58,761 bases of DNA from Octopus bimaculoides (taxonomy: Eukaryota), in NCBI RefSeq assembly GCF_001194135.2, contig NC_068981.1, forward strand, positions 46,352,414 through 46,411,174, in the 5' to 3' direction. Shown here piece by piece: positions 51,689 to 58,761 of the stretch. A model generated the notes under the pieces. The model saw nothing but the letters and a program-made list of their open reading frames with translations, did not search any database and was not told the origin of the DNA. Made by a program: the position numbers and the translations under genes. Within the stretch, counting starts at the first letter, position 1. The number at the start of each line of letters is the position of its first letter.

Positions 51689-52434
51689 CATTGACTTTAT
51701 AGGAAATTAGTGAAGAGAAGTCGTGTGTTAATTCTTGAATGAAACTCAGCGGAAGGCAAAATATATGATCGATCAAAACATTATTTGTAAAGAATCTTTC
51801 GAAAATTCCAATACGTTCAACATTTTCTTGCAATGAAAGCTATATGTTTTTTCAACAATATTCCTGACAAGATAAATTGGGCGTTGGAGAAAATTTATGA
51901 TGCAGCAAGATATAATCAAATGTAAAGAAGCGTATAATTAACAACACTTCGTAAACATAATCATTCTCAATTGTTACTCGCTCAGTTGATAGATTTCAAT
52001 AAACTGTTGTTTAAACTAGTCGTGTTATATTTTTATATCAAATATCGAAATCTATACACTGAAGGTTAAATGTCAATATTAATGAGTAGATGTTCGTTAA
52101 TGACAACTTCAAACTCTTTATTATTATTATTCCTTTTGTCTAAACTTGATGGATTGCTCGGAGAGAAAATTATGCGAGAAATCTTTTGATGCTCTCGTCA
52201 CGGCAACCTGAACAGAGATCCTGCGTACACTATACGCTACTGTACAATTATATAAATATCCAAGTGACTTCTAGATATTGAGTGCTACACGAATTGAACG
52301 ATTTTGTTTTCTACTTATTAATGAACTATGCATCGATTAATTTATTTTATCCATTAATTTATTTTATCATTTTCAAAGTATATCAAGCACCATACAAACC
52401 ACAAACTATTATCTACGAATATTTATCTACTTTA

Positions 52435-52570
52435 AAGCGGCGAGCTGGCAGTATCATTAGTATACCGGGCAACATACTTAGCAGCGTTCTATCCGTCTTC
52501 ATGTCCCACCGAGGTCGACTGTGAGTTTCATCTTTTCGGGATCGCTAAAATGAGCATCACTTGAGCGATG
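52435..52570 (+). mobile_element. SINE family B, internally deleted and running into a gap
   Basis: ggcgagctggcag...ccgaggtcgact.tg..tttcatcttttcggg. Confidence 0.8.
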
Positions 52571-52742
52571 GNNNNNNNNNNNNNNNNNNNNNNNNNNNNN
52601 NNNNNNNNNNNNNNNNNNNNNNNNNNNNNNNNNNNNNNNNNNNNNNNNNNNNNNNNNNNNNNNNNNNNNNNGAGAGAGAGAGAGAGAGAGAGAGATGGAT
52701 AGATACTGCTGTTGGATGATTAGATGAATTATAAACAGATGG

Positions 52743-53113
52743 TAGCAAGTTAATGAGCTTATAGAGGCGACGTCTTCCATCTGTAGTGTTTAGCCCGAAT
52801 GTTCCACAATCTCGGGGCGTCATTTTCAGTAACGACTCGGCTTTTGATATGCCATGAGCTAAGAAAGAGGGGTAATAATATCACTAAAGATTAACCATCA
52901 GAAGACAAATATACAGGGTTCCAGTGATACAACCAGCATTTACAAATGTTCTTAAACAGTACAGAGGGGATTATAGAACATTCAGGTGGTCATTTTCCGG
53001 TGAGTCTAAATGATCATCACCCGAAGATATCTGAAGCAATGCAGGAGAATGGAACATTCGGGCTAAATACTACAGATGAAAGACGTCGCCTGTATGAACT
53101 AATTAACTTGCTA
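52743..53113. mobile_element. TA-flanked MITE (Tc1/mariner-type TSD), about 367 bp, about 62-bp terminal inverted repeats
   Basis: TA|gcaagttaatgagcttatagaggcgacgtcttccatctgtagtgtttagcccgaatgttcca (52743-52806) is the near-perfect reverse complement of 53050-53113, which ends attaacttgc|TA. Confidence 0.88.
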
Positions 53114-53121
53114 AGATTTGT

Positions 53122-53251
<130 letters not shown>

Positions 53252-56200
53252 GTATCATTTGATAAATATTTTTCCATATCATTCGATAAATATTTTTTTT
53301 GAAATTTACTCAACTGCTTATGTATATAACTATGAATAGAAGAATTTGATTAGTGTGCAATGCTATCGTCTCTGATCAATTTCTTATTGTGTTTATTCCG
53401 TAATTGTCTGTCTTCTGAATAACATGTCTGTATCAACCCAGATATTTGATGGACTTTAAATCAAGAATCTATACTGTTGGTTCCTTCTCATCATACTCTT
53501 TCTCCTGTTTACCTACACCATCATAACCATCCGCTGCAACGGCAGCAGCAGCAAAATGAATATTATGTGGCAATATCCCTATTAGGATTTAACATAAACA
53601 TCCCAAAAATCGTTATAAAAATTATCAATCATTTAGCATTGTTATTCGTCTGCATCATTCATCATATTTATCGTATACTCGCATCATGTACATTATATGT
53701 TTATCTGGCTTAGTGCCAAAGTATAATACATAGAAGGATACCTCTCATATCTGATATTGAAACACAATCCAGTTTAACATCCCATAAACAGTGCATTACA
53801 TACTAAAACATACTCTATTAGATGTATGAATTAAGAACGATTGATATATCTTGTCACTAATATCCTCAAATCACTAGTTAGTGTTTGCAGAAGACCATCA
53901 GCGTCCTCTTTTTCCTCCTTTTCCTCCTTTTCCTCCTTCTCCTCCTTCTCCTCCTCCTCCACCTCCTGCTCTGCGTCGTCGTCGTCGTCGTATCACAATC
54001 ACCAACAGAAGATATTTCTGTCGATATACATCGTTTTAACAGGACTGGTATAATTCCATAATTCTAGTGACAAGATATGTCCATCACTCTTATAACAGAT
54101 ATATAATACATACTGCTTTCCTGTGGTTTGATCTGCTTTATCAGATACTAACTAGAATTGTGTTTCAATTATTAGATATCAGAAGCATTATAGCAACCTG
54201 AATATTTTAGTGACAAAATTTTTTTTTATATTCACATGTGATGTGGGTGCTATTATTATTCTAAGTATACTGAACCTGATGAAATTGTTATTGTTCACGT
54301 TCGTATTGAACTTTTATGACATGGCGTGTGTCTAAAAGAGCGTGGGAGTTCAAAATGGTACTTACGGGCAAAGGATTTAGAAGAGCTTATGGTTGTCGAA
54401 GTTTAAACACGACGGTATATTTATTTTTGATTAGCCCCAAAAGAACCCAGAATAATTATCAAAGTTGTCATCCTATTTCTATGTATTTATATTCATACAG
54501 GTATTCTTTTATTCGCTTCAATCATGTGGCTGCAGCCATTCTGAAATTTTATATTTTTCCATATCATTCTTTTTTGGAGGTATGTGTAACAGCTATTGTA
54601 CTTTTCTTAATGAGTGAAAACAGTTTCATGCTCATAGGGAAGCTTTTCCATCATTTCTAGTTACTTTTGGAGGATTCATTCTGGGTTCGTATCGAATGCC
54701 GTGTTCTTGAGTGGCAGATAACTCCGGTATTTATAAATGTCGTTATTAACAGCATAAATAGAAATATTAACTATTTGTTCACTTACATCTTTTATCTACC
54801 TATACTATAATTTACATGAAAACAACATCACCTTTCATTGTTACTAGCTTAAACGGGTTCCAGTTATGATGTACTTACTAAGAGTAATAAATAATGTAAA
54901 CGTAGACGATTAAAGAAAGACATTAAAATTGTGTGTGAAACGAAGCGTAATTGTATACGAAATGTTGGACTTGAGACATAAATTTGAAATGAAATATAAA
55001 AAGTATTTTATATTTCTTTATACTTTTGTTTTTCTTTTTTCATCTTTATACCGCATTAAAGTAGCTTTCATTTCACCGCCTTGAATTAATAATTTCTGTA
55101 TTTGGCACAGGGGAACAATATATCAGGGAACAATAACTCCTGGCTTCAACAAGACCAATGCACTACTGTACAAAATGCATCGATCTAAGAATGTTAAAAT
55201 GCAAAATTGTGAAGCACAAGATCTAAAATCATAATGTTAATTTGAAATGATTTCTGCAAGTAGCATTTTCAAATGATTAATTCGGAAAATTATTAATAAT
55301 TGATCGATACTTGGCAGTTAGGTAATTAGGACCAGGAGTATGTCGGTCGTTTAGACTTGCTTTATTATGTGTTTTCCTTGAACTACTTGAGCACAGTTCT
55401 ATTAACATTGGGTAAGTTCAAATTTGTTTGTGTCTTATTTTGTAGTATTAATTTTCGAAGCTAGAATGCTTTTATTTTAGATAATAACTACGCACATTCC
55501 TCTCCAGGTACCACATTTCTATTGTGTCATATCCCCTAGAACACGCACAATCGAATAGGTTCAGTGTTACGTTCCTAGAATGACAACGCTTTCTTATTTT
55601 CTCCATGCTCATATGTTCATGTATGTGACGTACTGCAGCAGTAATAGTGCAGAAGGAATATAAAGGACTTTAATCTCGCCGGTGGCGGTGAGCCTGCAAA
55701 GGCCATGAGTGCTGAACCCCTTTCTACACCCAGGAAGCAAGGAAAAATATGCACAATGTCTTGTATTGTATGCACAATGTCTTGCATATGTCTTGTATTG
55801 TAATTTTCCGTATTATTATTTTCTGTGCATATTTGTAAGCCACAATACATCTATAATTATTGTAATTGCTTGTATTATATGTAATTTAGCTTCTTAAGAA
55901 TTTTATTGTTTTATATTCCTTTAAAATTGTCCAACTTTTTCTATGTAAAATCTATTGTGTTGCAAAATGGCAGTGAACAATATGCGTTCCGCAGTTACAT
56001 GAGAGAATTTAGATTTTTTTTTGTGTTTCGTGGTTTATTAATCTTTTTTTTTTTTTTATTCGTTGGACAAGTACACTTGTATTCATTACATGCGTTCTCC
56101 CACAGTGTTTTCAGATTTGTACCACGCATCATTCTTAATTAGTGGTCCTGATATTCCGATAGATTTTCGTTTATTTGCTTGAGCAAGGGATAGCGTGATT

Positions 56201-56391
56201 GTCTAACAGCCTGCCAAAGTTTTCCTTGCCACATATTGTTATGATATCAGGATGTTTATAAATCAAAGTATATTAGTCACCGTATAGCTATCTACTGAGT
56301 GTAGTTTATAAGCATACTATTCGTTCTCAGGGAATATATCGAAATTTCTCGAGAATGCTCAGTTAATAAATGTTCCCAACAATTTCATATT

Positions 56392-56500
56392 TCTGGATAT
56401 AGATGGTTTCTTTATACTAATTAATAGATCTGGATATAGATGGGTTCTTTATACTAATTAATAGATCTGTAATAGATGGTTTCTTTATACTAATTAATAG
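56392..56500 (+). repeat. 37-bp minisatellite, 3 copies
   Basis: tctggatatagatggtttctttatactaattaataga x3 (one substitution in copy 2; a substitution plus 1-nt deletion in copy 3). Confidence 0.93.
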
Positions 56501-57875
56501 TCTTCAATCAGAGTTAAATCCTCGTTTTATTATTTTTCTAGTTTCTCTTCTAGAACTCGTGTTCTTATCTTCAGTCTAATCCTATGATTCATTCTGATTT
56601 TTATATTTGCGAATGTTCTCTACACGAAGTGTAGAGAATACTGATCGTGTCTTCTCTTTAATATCTATTCTTTCTTTATTATTTCTTAGAATATTCAGGT
56701 GGGTGTTTCAGAATTGCTAGATAGTCGGACAAAATGTAATGAAATATTTCTTACACCTTTTTACGTTTTCACTTCAAATCACACAGGGATTAATTTTGGC
56801 TTCTGTTTTTATGAGGGTGAAATAAATAAATTGTCAATTAAGTTGAATGGTCTCAACTAATATCCCCCACCTCACTCAAACTAGCTTGCCATATGCATCA
56901 ATTAGAAAAAAAGTTATCTTTTAGAAGACCACTTATTTTATTTTTGTTGCTGACCTCCCCCGATAAATCATTTCAGATTACGTTTCAAATTTCTGATATG
57001 TACTATGTTAACTCCTTATAAGTTGAAGCGAGAACTATTGTTAAACTTGTATCTAATTATAAATATCACATGAAGATTGCTTAATCCCGTCGTTGCAGAC
57101 ATTTGGTTATGGTAAAAATCTTCACTGATAAGCATAATGCGTGTATTGAGTATAGAGGAGCGCAAAATGTAAATGCATTGACATGTCTTCGGTTGTCGAA
57201 AGCAGATCTTTTCATTTGACTTAACATCCAATATATCTTAATAAATTTGTCTTCTGAGCCTTGCATAGTTTATGTAATTATACTTTACGTCTGACTGTTT
57301 GTATATGTCTGACATCTCCATTCTTTATTTTCTAATGGCATTCATTCACCATGTTTATAAAAAAGAATCATCCAGCAACAAATACTGGTAGGTCTACGTT
57401 GAATGTTTGATTTCAACGTGCTAAGTTAACTGCCAAGTTTGAGTTTTCATCTATGTGTCTTTTCTTAGAACAGCTTTCTTACATTTATATAATGACACTC
57501 ATTATTCGCTAAATATGCAATTTCTTTGTTTCTTTTAGCTTGTATTTTAAGCGATTCATCTATAGCGGATTATTTACACGAGTTCTCATTAACATATGTA
57601 AACGTAGGTTTCATCAGTTTTCATAGATGTATGTGGTTGAACGCAGAAAAAAGTAACCTGTTTACTCTTTTTAAATTAGGCCTTTCAATAACATGAGCAC
57701 AACTTTAATCTAGTATTACACATATTCGGTATTATACTTAACTAGAAATGGTAGTCAGATAAAAACTAAATTGGGAGGATCTGTAACTAAATGTTATGGT
57801 ACGTATGAATTTGTGTTATTGTTTCAAATTTTCGGATTTCAAATTAAAGTTTTAAAGTTAAAGGTTTAGATATTT

Positions 57876-58258
57876 TTTCATCTGTAGGCACAAGGCCCGA
57901 AATTTTGGGAGAGGGGCCAGTCGATTAGATCAACTCAGTACGCAACTGGTACTTAATTTATCGACCTCGACAGGATGAAATGCAAAGTCGACTCGGCAGA
58001 ATTTGAGCTCAGAACGCAAAGACAGACAAAATACCACTAGGCATTTCGTCCAGCGTGCTAACGTTTCTTATTTTTTATTGACCACAAGGACAGACAATGT
58101 CATTTAAGTCGATTACATCGACCCCTGTGCGTAACTGGTACTTAATCTGTCGACCCCAAAAGGATGAAAAGCGAAGTCGACTTCGTCAGGATTAAAGCTC
58201 AGAACATAAAGACACACAAAATACCGCTACGCATTTCGCCCGGTATGTTAACGTCTCT
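57876..58258 (-). mobile_element. Dimeric SINE family B (two tandem monomers, 57876-58067 and 58070-58258)
   Basis: Each monomer has gtcgatta.atc.ac...actggtacttaat...tcgacc....aggatgaaa.gc.aagtcgact...ctcagaac...aaatacc.cta.gcatttcg.cc.g..tg.taacgt, the reverse complement of family B. Confidence 0.88.
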
Positions 58259-58503
58259 TAAAGATTTGAATAATATTGCATGAGATATCATCACACCAGG
58301 TAATTAATAGCAGGTAATCAATGAAGCAGTATTTCACCTAAATTGCACTATATATTTACTGTATTGTAATAATGAAAGGGATAATTAGTAAAAGAGTTAA
58401 TGAGAAAGGACGAAAATACTTCACAGTTGATAGTTTACGAAATAATCTAAAATTGTGTATTTTTCGCGCACATGCATGCACACAAATTTACGTACCGTGC
58501 ATG

Positions 58504-58504
<1 letters not shown>

Positions 58505-58553
<49 letters not shown>

Positions 58554-58618
58554 TGTGTATGTGTTTGTGTGTGTGTTTGTGCTTTCATATATATATTGAT
58601 ATGTATATAGATATAGAC

Positions 58619-58684
<66 letters not shown>

Positions 58685-58761
58685 CTGTGTGTGTAGAAAT
58701 ATATACATATTTACATATACATACATGTATCTACATATATATACAAATATATATATATATA
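58505..58761. repeat. Mixed (CA)/(TA)/(TG) microsatellite field
   Basis: Directly visible; similar fields at 1-18, 2655-2703, 10424-10500, 12235-12282, 16101-16330, 17945-18025, 24893-24960, 41153-41220, 48180-48300 and 50880-50970. Confidence 0.95.

Larger units (their letters stand above)
850..52671. other. 14 assembly gaps: 850-1520, 4155-4266, 15582-15615, 20207-20300, 22898-23089, 26685-26708, 28108-28119, 29871-29932, 31804-32149, 34434-34622, 36940-37794, 38695-38886, 41221-41497, 52572-52671
   Basis: Runs of N; almost all abut (TA)n, (GA/CT)n or homopolymer tracts, typical of short-read collapse at microsatellites. Confidence 0.98.

Noticed and set aside
53895-53995. Poly-Ser-like ORF segment
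   Set aside because: Low-complexity (TCCTCCTTT)/(TCC)/(TCG) repeat.

Overview
AT-rich eukaryotic non-coding DNA with 14 assembly gaps (about 3.2 kb of N, nearly all flanked by (TA)n or (GA)n) and dense microsatellites. The tRNA-derived SINE families match, from memory, those of coleoid cephalopods (Octopus, probably a short-read O. bimaculoides-type assembly); this organism assignment is inference. I find no intact host protein-coding gene, RNA gene or CRISPR array, and almost all ORF-track entries are microsatellite or gap artefacts. What can be supported is a transposon graveyard: at least four SINE families, RTE LINE fragments, two different restriction-like-endonuclease (RLE) retrotransposons (Hero/NeSL-like with an internal deletion; R4/Dong-like abutting a TAA microsatellite), Penelope-like fragments, a decayed LINE ORF1, TTAA- and TA-flanked MITEs, and several fold-back inverted repeats. 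The best second-look items are an RTE fragment whose ORF ends in three in-frame C2H2 zinc fingers (28672-28958), a nested fold-back with two mutually exclusive pairings (2721-3404), and weak candidate exons or microexons on both strands. I cannot claim a new biological system here; all protein-family calls come from hand translation and motif recognition, not database searches.
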